Below are positions 29,379-39,240 of a stretch of DNA of 64,000 nt, piece after piece. Origin of the DNA: Fibrobacteria bacterium. GTDB taxonomy: Bacteria > Fibrobacterota > Fibrobacteria > UBA11236. Numbering within the stretch: the stretch's first letter is position 1; each line of letters begins with the position of its first letter. The stretch is from NCBI GenBank assembly GCA_043732185.1, contig JAYTHY010000088.1, positions 1-64,000 on the forward strand, written 5' to 3'. The notes under the pieces were generated by a model. That model did not search any database. It was not told the DNA's origin and worked only from the letters and a program-made list of their open reading frames with translations. A program made the position numbers and the translations under genes.

Positions 29379-30923
29379 ATGACTGCTAAATTCAAATCAA
29401 ACGGACAATCCGGCTTTGGGCTACTGGAGTCGATTACCGGACTCTTGGTTTTTGTGCTGCTCGCCTTTGTCGGCACCAAAGCGTTTAAGCATGTGGTGGC
29501 CAATCATAAAGAAGCGGCTCAGGTAAAAATATTGGTGGATGCCGTTACGGAAACCGCAGAAAAACTGAGCATGTTAAGCGTAGCCGCTCTCAGTGATCCC
29601 TCCGCCGGCTATTTGAATTGGAGTCAGACGCAATCCGTAGGCAAGGGTGAATACGTTTATCGTTATCGAATCATTCCTCGTCCCGCAATATCCGGAGCCC
29701 AGGACTCCACTTTGGTTGGGCTGGAAGTGGAAACGGGAACGCTTGTTCAGAATGTGTTTACGGTAGTTCGGCGTTTTGCCACTTTGATTGCGCCGCATCT
29801 TTCGTCTAAGGATGGTCTGGGCCAAGTTTCCACTCAGAAGGAACGCGATGCCGAAGCGAGCTTTTATGCTTCTTTGCGGCAACGCATAGCAGGCTTGACG
29901 CAGGATGTTGTCCCGCTCAATCAAGTGAAGTTGAACTCATATACCTGTTATGATAAAGGACAATGTTGCGGTTTTATGAAAGAGTTTTTCAAAGACCCAC
30001 TGGTGAATCCCGCGGATGGACTTAAGGAGAAATGTTTGTACCGCTGTGCGCTTACTGGCGGCGTTTCTATGACCGACTGGCAAAATTCCTGTGGAACTGA
30101 TTTTTGTGGCTTGGCACCCTGGAAAACCAAAGACGATTGCTGTAAGGCGATCAGCTCTGGAAATTGTCTACAGGGTAGCGTCTGCGCGAGCGTCTGTTAT
30201 GACTGTGTTCACGAAGATGGCAGTGGATGCGCCGCGCCGATCTGTGATGGCGGTTGGTGGAATGACATTTTTGACTGCGCTAATGGTACCTACTGTGACG
30301 GAACGCCTTTGCCGGACGGGGATGTGCCCGGTTGGGGCAATGTTAAGAACTTATGCAAATTGCCGCAATGCGGAACCATCCACGAGGAATGCAGTCAGAA
30401 ACTTGATGTATGCTGCAACAGTTATTGGGTGAAATTGGCCAGAGGAGAAACTCCGGATCCACGCGCGATGGTTTGTGCGACTATTAGTAAGAAAGAGGAA
30501 TGTTGCGACAGAAACACGCATGTAGGAAATTTTGGCTTCGTATGCACAACTTCGGGAACCGTCGAACATGTCATTTACCATGATACCGCCTTTTGTCCTG
30601 CGGATGTATTCAAATCCAGCCAGGACAATTACTGCGCCATTTATCAGGGCTGTTCCGGGGCATACGGCGGAACCGACAAGACCGGTGGTCCTCCGGGCTG
30701 TCCGGCGTGGCCTGGCAGCTATCCAAAGCTCGATGATCCCTGGCAGAATCCAATTCCGCCTCCACCCGCTCCTCCGACTGCTCAACCACCCTATCAGCCA
30801 CCGGCACAACTGCCGTCTCCTCCGCAGTTGACGCCTCCCGTTATCGCGCCTCCTACCGGGGATAAGCGCGTAGCACCGGTACGTGGAGGATCAGGAAAGG
30901 GTTCAGCGGGTGGACAGGAATAA
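29379..30923 (+). CDS. PilV-like prepilin fused to a cysteine-rich domain and proline-rich tail
   Basis: SG|FGLLESITGLLV; 30 Cys in the C-terminal half; PPPPAPPTAQPP tail. Confidence 0.75.
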   Translation: MTAKFKSNGQSGFGLLESITGLLVFVLLAFVGTKAFKHVVANHKEAAQVKILVDAVTETAEKLSMLSVAALSDPSAGYLNWSQTQSVGKGEYVYRYRIIPRPAISGAQDSTLVGLEVETGTLVQNVFTVVRRFATLIAPHLSSKDGLGQVSTQKERDAEASFYASLRQRIAGLTQDVVPLNQVKLNSYTCYDKGQCCGFMKEFFKDPLVNPADGLKEKCLYRCALTGGVSMTDWQNSCGTDFCGLAPWKTKDDCCKAISSGNCLQGSVCASVCYDCVHEDGSGCAAPICDGGWWNDIFDCANGTYCDGTPLPDGDVPGWGNVKNLCKLPQCGTIHEECSQKLDVCCNSYWVKLARGETPDPRAMVCATISKKEECCDRNTHVGNFGFVCTTSGTVEHVIYHDTAFCPADVFKSSQDNYCAIYQGCSGAYGGTDKTGGPPGCPAWPGSYPKLDDPWQNPIPPPPAPPTAQPPYQPPAQLPSPPQLTPPVIAPPTGDKRVAPVRGGSGKGSAGGQE

Positions 30924-30942
30924 TCCGTCATTAATGCCGACT

Positions 30943-32028
30943 TTATTCGGGTATAAGCTGAAGGGGATGCTCCCATGCTCCTGGTGCACCATAGCCATAT
31001 AAATGCATGGACACGGTATTTTTCGAATGGGTTTCATTTTGGCTCTGATGCCACTCCAGGTGGGCGGGCACATGATCGGTTTGCCTTGGCCAAGGTCGCA
31101 CAACATCGCTCCCAATTAAGGCTAGCAATTTATTTGTATTCATGCTGACATTTCCGGCGCGCGGGGGCATGGGGCCCGCTGCCGCCCGCATGCAGCCCAT
31201 TAACAACTCCGGCGGATAATTTCCAAGTTTGTTGATCACCTGTGCAATTTGGTACAGACTTAATGGTTTGGGTCCACCCAAATGAAATATCCCGTTCGCG
31301 TCATTGTCGAGGAATAATGCAATCACTCGGTTTAAATCTTGAACATAGAGGTTGCTCCGCACTTCATCGAAATAAAGCGTAGCCGGACGTCCTTTTCGAA
31401 ATCGAGATTCAATCCAATCGATGGCACCGGCATGCCCATTCAAGGATGGGCCCATAGGCAAAGCAATTCGTAAAATAGCAGCCTCTGGATATTCCTCCAG
31501 GATGCGGTTTTCCGATTCCACCATCAGCTTTCCATAAACGGTCACCGGTGACACGGGCCAGTCCTCCAGGTAATCGCCGAAAACGGTTTTACCCTCGCGC
31601 TCATATGGATTCCCGTCAAAAACTAAATCGGTAGACAAGCGAATGAGCCTGGCCTGGTGGCTTTTGGCGGCACGCATTAGATTGAGGCCGATATCCACAT
31701 TGAGCCGGCGACCCAAGGTCGGATCGAGTTCGCAAGGCTTCAGCGCGCACCAACCCGATGCGTCCACAATGGTGTGAATAGGGAAATCCGTCCAAAGCCG
31801 ATCCAATTCCTCTGGATTTTCAGCGTCCACACCCATCAGGCCGTGGTCTATGCCTTTAAATTGGCCTAAAGCCTCAGGTAGGGCAATTCCCACCACCTGG
31901 CCGGGGAAAAGTTTCCGAAGGAAGTAAAAAGCATTGTAACCCGGTACCCCAGTCAATCCCGCAACCAGTATATACCCGGCTACGCTATATTCAGGTAGAG
32001 CTGGGTCGTTTGCAGGGGATGGAGACAT
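30943..32028 (-). CDS. RmlD-like NAD(P)-dependent oxidoreductase (extended SDR)
   Basis: AGLTGVPG, LSTDLVFDG, PVTVYGKLM (YxxxM rather than YxxxK), LYFDEVRS. Confidence 0.8.
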   Translation of the reverse strand: MSPSPANDPALPEYSVAGYILVAGLTGVPGYNAFYFLRKLFPGQVVGIALPEALGQFKGIDHGLMGVDAENPEELDRLWTDFPIHTIVDASGWCALKPCELDPTLGRRLNVDIGLNLMRAAKSHQARLIRLSTDLVFDGNPYEREGKTVFGDYLEDWPVSPVTVYGKLMVESENRILEEYPEAAILRIALPMGPSLNGHAGAIDWIESRFRKGRPATLYFDEVRSNLYVQDLNRVIALFLDNDANGIFHLGGPKPLSLYQIAQVINKLGNYPPELLMGCMRAAAGPMPPRAGNVSMNTNKLLALIGSDVVRPWPRQTDHVPAHLEWHQSQNETHSKNTVSMHLYGYGAPGAWEHPLQLIPE

Positions 32029-32307
32029 GGGCCGAAAACCTACTTCCAGGGCGCGGTTTGGTCTAAAGCAAATCCCTAAAAATGCCGAAAAAATTCAAGT
32101 TGCATGCCTTACTTGAGGAATGGCATAATGGCCAACATAAAGAAGCAGATACATTTTCCGATGATGGCAGGAGGCACCGGATTGTTGGCAGTAAGGCCCC
32201 CCAGGTCCTCGATCGAAAATTTTTTAAATATCGATGGAATCCCATCTTCCCTGGGGAATGCGGCCAATGATGGGTATTATTTGCCTCGAATAGCTTTGGC
32301 ACCCTTA

Positions 32308-34110
32308 ATGCAATCCACACTCCGCGACATTATCCTGCAAGTTAAAGAAAACGCGGATATCGTTCAGATCATTGGCCAGTATGTGCCCCTTAAAAAATCC
32401 GGGGCCCGGTATTTGGGACTTTGCCCCTTCCATCACGATCGAAGCCCCAGTTTAAACGTGACTCCGCAAATGGGCATTTACAAATGCTTTGCTTGCGGGG
32501 CTGGCGGAGATGTCCTCAAGTTTGTGCAGGAATACGAGAAGCTGGATTTTATCGATGCCTTGCGGGCCGTGGCTGTGCGCGCAGGCGTGACTATTCCCGA
32601 GCATCTTCATTTTTCCAAGGATGAAGAGGACAAAGGAAAGGCCAGCCAAGCCCTGGCAGCCAATCAACTTGCCTGTCAACTGTACCAAGAGGAATTGGAA
32701 AACAATTCGGAAGTCCTTGCCTATTTGGACGGACGCGGTATTCATGCGGAAACCCGCAAACATTTCCAATTGGGATTGGCTCCGCTTTCTACCGATAAGA
32801 TTTTAAAAAAAGCGGATGCTAAAAAGGTACCTGTCCAGGCTTTTATTGAGGCTGGTATACTGGGAGAAGCGCCTGGTGGCCGCGTTTATGATCGATTTGC
32901 CGGTCGACTCATTTTCCCTATTTGGAACTTAAGCGGACATGTGATCGGGTTTGGTGGCCGGGTGTTGCCTTCGAATGATCCGGCCATTCCCGTTCATCCT
33001 GCCAAGTATGTCAATTCTCCGGAGTCGCCGTTTTACCATAAAAGCAAAGTGCTGTATGGACTCAATTTCGCTCGGAATGCCATAGACAAATTGGGTGAAG
33101 CCGTAATTGTAGAAGGCTATATGGATATGTTGGCGTTGTGGCAAGCCGGCATTCATAACACCGTCGCGGTTTCGGGAACGGCATTGACCAAGGACCATGT
33201 GCAAATCTTGGCTCGCTTTGCCCGTAAGATTTATCTGTTTCTAGATGGAGATGCCGCTGGGCGCAAGGCGGTGCGGAGAAGCTTGGAACCGCTCCTCGTT
33301 ATGGGATTGGAAGTTAAGGTACCCGTGCTCCCATCCGAAGAAGATCCGGACAGCTACGCAAAAAAATTTGGCGGAGAGAAAATCAAAGAGCTCTTTTCCC
33401 GCAGCGAAGATATTGTGGCCTTCCTGCTAAGAAATGCAGGCAAACCGATTGAGGCCATGAGTCCGGAAGAAAAGGACGAATTGCTTAAGGAATGTTTGGG
33501 GCTATTGCAAACCATGCCTTCTCCTAATGTTCGCGACCAATACCTGGATGAGGTGCGCCGAAAGCTGGGGCTCAAAGGCATTCGGCTTCAAATGGCCCGG
33601 ACGCAAGGGCCCGCTTCCTTTGCAGTGGTCTCCGCCGCGGGTCAAGGTACGGAAAATACGGATATGATTGCCGTTTTCGCCGGTGCTATTCCGGGGGGAC
33701 GTCCCAAGGATGAAGCTTTGGCCGAATGGCAATTGCTACAACTGCTATTGTCTTCCGGTGAGGCCTGTGGCTGGGCCCTGGACAAGCTTCGCTTGGAATG
33801 GCTGCTTGTCGACACAGTGAGAAATCTTACCGATTTACTGTTGGCTTTTTACGAAGAACGGGGCGGATTGGACATTAAGGTCTTTCTCGATCGCTTGTCC
33901 CAGCAGGATCAAGACACCATCTCCGGCATGCGCTTCATTGAAGGCATGGATCAGGAACAATTAAAAAAGCATTTTTCCGGAATCCTTTTTGCTTTGGAAA
34001 TCCGTTCTCTGCAAAAGCAAAAGGCCATGGAAGAGGATTTGATCAAATACGCTGACATCGTAAAACGTTTGAAAGTTCTCCAATCGAAAACCAAAGGCGG
34101 GTCCCCATGA
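32308..34110 (+). CDS. dnaG: DNA primase
   Basis: [10 protein letters not shown]...CFACG zinc finger, FGGRVL, KYVNSPE, VEGYMD, DGDAAG; followed by rpoD. Confidence 0.97.
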   Translation: MQSTLRDIILQVKENADIVQIIGQYVPLKKSGARYLGLCPFHHDRSPSLNVTPQMGIYKCFACGAGGDVLKFVQEYEKLDFIDALRAVAVRAGVTIPEHLHFSKDEEDKGKASQALAANQLACQLYQEELENNSEVLAYLDGRGIHAETRKHFQLGLAPLSTDKILKKADAKKVPVQAFIEAGILGEAPGGRVYDRFAGRLIFPIWNLSGHVIGFGGRVLPSNDPAIPVHPAKYVNSPESPFYHKSKVLYGLNFARNAIDKLGEAVIVEGYMDMLALWQAGIHNTVAVSGTALTKDHVQILARFARKIYLFLDGDAAGRKAVRRSLEPLLVMGLEVKVPVLPSEEDPDSYAKKFGGEKIKELFSRSEDIVAFLLRNAGKPIEAMSPEEKDELLKECLGLLQTMPSPNVRDQYLDEVRRKLGLKGIRLQMARTQGPASFAVVSAAGQGTENTDMIAVFAGAIPGGRPKDEALAEWQLLQLLLSSGEACGWALDKLRLEWLLVDTVRNLTDLLLAFYEERGGLDIKVFLDRLSQQDQDTISGMRFIEGMDQEQLKKHFSGILFALEIRSLQKQKAMEEDLIKYADIVKRLKVLQSKTKGGSP

Positions 34111-35606
34111 ATGAACTCGATGGCCAAATTCTAAGAAGACTGCAAAAGCAGGCCAAGCTGCAAGGCTTCATCGCTGAGAACCAGATTCGGGCCCTGTCCA
34201 AATCGGACGATGAATATGTGGTGCTCCGACAATTCTTTGTCGATTCAAGCGTGCAAGTTTCCGAATTTGCCGTCAAGGCACGAAAACCCACCAAGCCTGA
34301 TGCCCTAAAAAAGATTACGCGCTACAACGACCCTACCTGGGTGTATCTCAACTCCGTCGGCAAGGTGCCACTGCTTTCCAGGCAGGAAGAAATCGACATT
34401 GCCAAGCGCATCGAAGAAGTGCAGAAACGCATCGGTGCCATCATTTTCCGATCTAAAAGCATGGTGGCGGTGGTGTTGGATCTGGGACGCCAGGTGCTTG
34501 AAGAAGATCTCCGTATCGAGGAAATTCTGCAAATCGATAATGATGCCTGGACCGATCCCAAGGTGTACGATTCGGAAAAAGAGAAAGCCACGGCTGCCAT
34601 TATGCGGCTGCGTAAAAATTACACCAAGCTCGAAGATTTAGGCGAGCAATACCAGTTGGCAAAGGGAACGGGCGAGGATCAGCAGGCGTTGGCTTCTGAA
34701 ATCGAAAACTTGGAAATGCGCCTGGTCAATGATTGCGTGGCGTTTAAGCTCAACCACAAACAAATCGATCGCTTAGTCGGCAAATACAAGGAAGAGCAAG
34801 GGACTTCCGAACAGGAGCTGGAGCGTCTGCGCCGCATCAAGCAATGGGAAGTGGTCCGTGACCGCGCCAAGGAAGAAATCGTTGAAGCCAATGTGCGCCT
34901 GGTGGTTTCGATAGCCAAGCGCTACACCTCCAAAGGCTTGGAACTTATCGACCTCATTCAAGAAGGCAACAGCGGGCTTATCCGCGCTGTGGAAAATTTT
35001 GATTATACCAAGGGGTATAAGTTTTCAACCTACGCCACCTGGTGGATCAAACAATCCATCACCCGTGCCATTGCCGATAAGGCCAAGACGGTGCGCGTGC
35101 CAGCCAATATGCTGGATATCGTCCGTAAAGTCATGCGGGTTTGTCGGGAGCTGCAGCAAACCACGGGAAAAGATCCCAATCCTGAGGAAGTAGCTACCAA
35201 GGTCGGCTGCTCCATCAAAAAGGTTCAGCTGGCCATGGACGTGTCCCAGGACCCCATCTCCCTCGACGATTATGTTTCGGGTGATCAGAACAATACCTTT
35301 TCCGAGTTCATTGAAGACAAGTCCGCCGAAAAGCCCTCTCAAAGCGTCAATATGCGCATGCTGAGAAAGCAAATCGACGGAGTTCTTTCTTCCTTGGATG
35401 CTAAAGAACAGGCCATTGTGCGTATGCGATTTGGCCTGGATGACGGTTTGGTGAAAACGCTAAAAGAAATCGGCGACAAATATCGGATTTCACGGGAACG
35501 CGTGCGTCAAATCGAGTCCAAAGCGTTGGCCAAGTTACAACACCCCAGTCGGATTAAACAGCTGGAAGGTTGGGGCACGGATATCGAGGATATCTGTCTG
35601 GGATGA
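34107..35606 (+). CDS. rpoD: Primary-type sigma-70 factor
   Basis: [42 protein letters not shown]; downstream of dnaG. Confidence 0.85.
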   Translation: MNELDGQILRRLQKQAKLQGFIAENQIRALSKSDDEYVVLRQFFVDSSVQVSEFAVKARKPTKPDALKKITRYNDPTWVYLNSVGKVPLLSRQEEIDIAKRIEEVQKRIGAIIFRSKSMVAVVLDLGRQVLEEDLRIEEILQIDNDAWTDPKVYDSEKEKATAAIMRLRKNYTKLEDLGEQYQLAKGTGEDQQALASEIENLEMRLVNDCVAFKLNHKQIDRLVGKYKEEQGTSEQELERLRRIKQWEVVRDRAKEEIVEANVRLVVSIAKRYTSKGLELIDLIQEGNSGLIRAVENFDYTKGYKFSTYATWWIKQSITRAIADKAKTVRVPANMLDIVRKVMRVCRELQQTTGKDPNPEEVATKVGCSIKKVQLAMDVSQDPISLDDYVSGDQNNTFSEFIEDKSAEKPSQSVNMRMLRKQIDGVLSSLDAKEQAIVRMRFGLDDGLVKTLKEIGDKYRISRERVRQIESKALAKLQHPSRIKQLEGWGTDIEDICLG

Positions 35607-35611
35607 CGCCT

Positions 35612-35648
35612 GGCCATTTCTGCCATCCCGGTTGAAATGGCCCTTTTT
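35612..35648 (+). terminator. Possible intrinsic terminator after rpoD
   Basis: GGCCATTTC...GAAATGGCC stem followed by CTTTTT. Confidence 0.5.
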
Positions 35649-35733
35649 CCCATAAAATCGTGGATCTTGTGCACTGATGGTGCTATGTTAAAGGCATCAT
35701 GAGCCTCGGCTCCTGCCGTGGTGGGCACAAGTT

Positions 35734-38055
35734 ATGGAAAACGAGGAAAAAGCCGGAGATAAAAAGGTAGGGCCGGCAAGCCGAGCGCCTAAGCTACGCG
35801 AAGTCAAGTTGCACGATTCCCTGATGGATTCCAAGCAAGTTGATGTGCCCGGTACAGGTGCGGATGCCCAGGATTATGAGGACGTAGAAATCAAGGCGCC
35901 GGAAATCGAGCGCAGCCTTGATCGGGCCAAAGAAAATTTGCTCGCCTACATTGGTGAACGAAATCCGAATTTCAATAAGGAATTGATCCAAAGAGCCATC
36001 GACTTTACCATGTTGGCGCATAAAAATCAGTTCCGCCGATCCGGAATGCCCTATGCGGAGCATCCTTTTGAAGTGGCCAAGCTGCTGGCGGATTTGAACA
36101 TGGACAGCGTCACCATCGCCGCTGGTCTTTTGCATGACGTGGTGGAAGACACCAGCCATTCCACCCAGGAAGTTAAAGAAGTCTTTGGCGAAGAAGTTGC
36201 CTTTTTAGTGGAAGCGGTTACCAAAATTTCCGCCATCAAGTCCAAGTCCCGGGCCGATCAGCAAGCGGAAACGTTCCGAAAAATGCTCATCTCCATGGCC
36301 AAGGATATTCGCGTCATCATGATCAAGTTTGCAGATCGGCTCCACAATATGCGCACTCTCTCCTATATGCAGGAGGATCGGAAAAAGGCCATCGCGGCGG
36401 AAACCGTTGAAGTGTACGCGCCCCTGGCGCATCGGTTCGGGCTCGCCAAAATCAAATGGGAATTGGAGGATTTGGCCTTCAAACATTTGAATTCCGATGC
36501 CTACAAGAACTTGGTTAAAAAGGTTGTGGAAAAGCGGCAAGAGCGCGAGGAATATATTCGTGGAATTCTGGCCCCGGTCAAGGAAGCTTTAAAGAATGCC
36601 GAATTGGAAGGCAAGGTATACGGCCGTCCCAAACATTTGTTCAGCATTTGGCACAAGATGCAAGCGCGACAATGCCAATTCGAGGACATCTACGATCTTT
36701 ACGCTTTGCGCATCATCGTGAATTCCATTTCCGACTGTTATGCGGTATTGGGACTGGTCCACTCCATTTGGACGCCGTTGCAATCCCGCTTCAAGGATTA
36801 TATCGCCACACCCAAATCCAATATGTATCAAAGCCTACACACCACTTTAATTGGTCCAGGCGGAAAACCCATCGAAATCCAGATCCGCACGGAAGAAATG
36901 GACATTATCGCGGAACAGGGCATTGCCGCGCATTGGGGCTACAAGGAGGGCGTTTCCCCTAAAAACATCGGCCTGGAAAACAAATGGCTCACCCAGTTCC
37001 TGGAATGGCAGCAGGATCTAACCGATTCACACGAGTTCATGGAATACTTCCGGGGTGATTTGGTTACTGGAGAGATCTTTCTGTTCACGCCGCAGGGTGA
37101 CTTGATTCAATTGCCCAAAGGGGCTACGGCACTTGACTTTGCCTTTGCCCTGCATTCCGCCATCGGTCTGCATTGCATCGGCGCCAAAGTCGATGGCAAT
37201 GTGGTTCCTTTGCATCGAGAGCTGAGAACCGGTGAGCGCGTCGAAATTCTGAAGTCGGATTCACAGCGGCCCTCTAAAGACTGGCTGTCCGTGGTCGTGT
37301 CCACTAAAGCTAAAAGCGCTATCCGGCGTTGGATGCGCACGGAAGAAGTGGCGCACAGCATGCAGCTAGGCAAGGAAATGCTAGAACGTGAATTCCGGCA
37401 AGGCCATATTCCGCCGGTTGTGCAGGCTGACCTCAAGCCTTTTGCGACCAAGTTTTCAGTTACGAGCTGGGAAATGCTATGGGAGAAAATCGGTCACGGA
37501 GAAATCACACTAGGCGCGATTTCCGCCTTTGTCCAAGACCTCAATCCCAATCGCAAAAAACCCAGTATGCTGGACCGGCTGACTTTCAAAAGACCGGCCA
37601 AGTCCAATGACTCCGTACTCGTAAGCGGCTTGCAGAATATGTTGATCCGGTATGCGACTTGTTGCCATCCCGTGCCGGGCGACAAAATAATCGGCTATGT
37701 GACGCGTGGCCGCGGCGTATCCATCCATCGCAGCAATTGTCCCGAAGGCAAATTGCTCATGAAGGATCAAGAGCGAATCATCCCGGTGGAATGGAAAACG
37801 GATGCGGGACAAATGTTTGAAGTGGTGGTGGAAATTTCCGGACGGGATCGGCCTGATCTGCTCAATGACATCACCAATCTTTTTTCGAAATCGCGCATTA
37901 ATGTCCAAAGGGCTTCTATCGTAACCTTGAGGGATCAGGTTCGCAATCGCTTCCGGATTCAGGTTTCCGACCTGGAGCAATTGGAGTCGACCTTGGTTAA
38001 GCTGCGAAAACTGAAAGGCATTACCAGTGTGCTGCGACGTCAGTCGGGTGTTTAA
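35734..38055 (+). CDS. Bifunctional (p)ppGpp synthetase/hydrolase (Rel/SpoT)
   Basis: LHDVVED (intact HD), KFADRLHNMRTL, RFKDYIATPK, EIQIRT, TGS, CCHPVPGD, ACT. Confidence 0.97.
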   Translation: MENEEKAGDKKVGPASRAPKLREVKLHDSLMDSKQVDVPGTGADAQDYEDVEIKAPEIERSLDRAKENLLAYIGERNPNFNKELIQRAIDFTMLAHKNQFRRSGMPYAEHPFEVAKLLADLNMDSVTIAAGLLHDVVEDTSHSTQEVKEVFGEEVAFLVEAVTKISAIKSKSRADQQAETFRKMLISMAKDIRVIMIKFADRLHNMRTLSYMQEDRKKAIAAETVEVYAPLAHRFGLAKIKWELEDLAFKHLNSDAYKNLVKKVVEKRQEREEYIRGILAPVKEALKNAELEGKVYGRPKHLFSIWHKMQARQCQFEDIYDLYALRIIVNSISDCYAVLGLVHSIWTPLQSRFKDYIATPKSNMYQSLHTTLIGPGGKPIEIQIRTEEMDIIAEQGIAAHWGYKEGVSPKNIGLENKWLTQFLEWQQDLTDSHEFMEYFRGDLVTGEIFLFTPQGDLIQLPKGATALDFAFALHSAIGLHCIGAKVDGNVVPLHRELRTGERVEILKSDSQRPSKDWLSVVVSTKAKSAIRRWMRTEEVAHSMQLGKEMLEREFRQGHIPPVVQADLKPFATKFSVTSWEMLWEKIGHGEITLGAISAFVQDLNPNRKKPSMLDRLTFKRPAKSNDSVLVSGLQNMLIRYATCCHPVPGDKIIGYVTRGRGVSIHRSNCPEGKLLMKDQERIIPVEWKTDAGQMFEVVVEISGRDRPDLLNDITNLFSKSRINVQRASIVTLRDQVRNRFRIQVSDLEQLESTLVKLRKLKGITSVLRRQSGV

Positions 38056-38583
38056 ATGGACATGAATGCACTATTAATCATTGGAGGGGGAGCGCTGGCC
38101 TCTCTGTGCCTGGTGATCGTTGTCTGGAAACGCAAACTGCTGATTCCAAAATCCGCACGCAATTTAAGCGTCAACATGGTCGAACGGCTAACGGAAAAGT
38201 TTCCGACTATTCGCCGCACGGAATTGACTCCTGGCACCAAGGGCGCTCCCGCACGGGAAGGAGTGCAGGGAAATTTGGCCCAGACTCACCTTCACGATTT
38301 GCTTCAATATTTGGCATTGGGCAGCAAATCAGGGATCATGGAAATCAGTTGTGGGCGACGCAGTGGCCGATTAACGCTTTGCGAGGGTCGGGTGGTACAA
38401 GTTGTGTATCGCGGTAAAGATGGATTGGAAGCACTTTTCATGTTGATGGACGTTGTGGAAGGCGATTTTGAATTCAACGAACAGTTTGTGGAACAGACTG
38501 TTGGCACTGAAAATTGGGAAGTTGTGGACATCATCATGCTGTGGATGAATAGAAAATCCAAGAAAAAACAGTCGGTTGGTTAA
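38056..38583 (+). CDS. Membrane-anchored DUF4388 (PATAN-like) protein
   Basis: N-terminal TM helix; QGNLAQTHLHDLLQYLALGSKSG...EGRVV...GLEAL...EGDFEF. Confidence 0.8.
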   Translation: MDMNALLIIGGGALASLCLVIVVWKRKLLIPKSARNLSVNMVERLTEKFPTIRRTELTPGTKGAPAREGVQGNLAQTHLHDLLQYLALGSKSGIMEISCGRRSGRLTLCEGRVVQVVYRGKDGLEALFMLMDVVEGDFEFNEQFVEQTVGTENWEVVDIIMLWMNRKSKKKQSVG

Positions 38584-38591
38584 GGAGAGCT

Positions 38592-39155
38592 ATGTACGCG
38601 AACATCTTCATAAAAAACCGTCCCTTTTTTGGGAAGATGCGGAACCAGAATTATCAAAAAACCTATGACCTGTTCAAAAAGCTCCAAAATTTGGCTGGAG
38701 GTAAACTCTTTCAACCTAAGGAAATGATTCGAAGTTTGGACGAGTACATCAGTCAGTTGGAAGTGACCTTGCAGCATGCTTCCGATGCAACACGCGGGCT
38801 GAAACGGCGTAAAGTGGCCATGTACCGAATCGACAAGATTTTCGGAGTGTTGGAAGAAGAAATCGTACTCTGCTATTTTTTGGAAGAAATGATCAGCAGT
38901 TCCCAATTGCTTAAAAAACGACTGGAAACGGACGGTAAAATCCGAATTTACCGCGAACGCCTCAAACGTTTTCAAATGCAAAGTCCCGGTGGTAGCGGTT
39001 TTTTGGCCAATATTCTGGAATCTTTGGAAGCGATGACCCAGACGGAATTCATAGAAATCGAGAAGCTCTTTCAAATTATGGACGAACGGTACCACATTGG
39101 CAATAAGCTTTTTGATATCATTCTCAACAAGGGCGCCAAGGCCTCGGCACCTTGA
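38592..39155 (+). CDS. Hypothetical protein (predicted helical)
   Basis: AAGGAG RBS, 187-aa ORF co-oriented between DUF4388 and fusA. Confidence 0.7.
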   Translation: MYANIFIKNRPFFGKMRNQNYQKTYDLFKKLQNLAGGKLFQPKEMIRSLDEYISQLEVTLQHASDATRGLKRRKVAMYRIDKIFGVLEEEIVLCYFLEEMISSSQLLKKRLETDGKIRIYRERLKRFQMQSPGGSGFLANILESLEAMTQTEFIEIEKLFQIMDERYHIGNKLFDIILNKGAKASAP

Positions 39156-39240
39156 ACAAACGGGCAGGATTGATTACTTTCACATCTCCTTTGTAAAAAA
39201 AGACTAATCGTCCATTCCTTCAATTTTCGGAAAAAAAGCC

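Noticed and set aside
30180..30215. Possible heme-binding site in the Cys-rich pilin (CYDCVH)
   Set aside because: It is CxxCxH, not CxxCH, so there is no support for a multiheme nanowire.
30750..30860. CCx-rich repetitive DNA
   Set aside because: Explained by the proline-rich coding tail; not a tandem array or CRISPR.
32104..32307. 68-aa N-terminal extension of DnaG
   Set aside because: Primase homology begins near Met 32308; the upstream sequence looks like a divergent promoter region.
38580..39095. 171-aa minus-strand ORF
   Set aside because: The plus-strand ORF 38592-39155 has the RBS and operon context.
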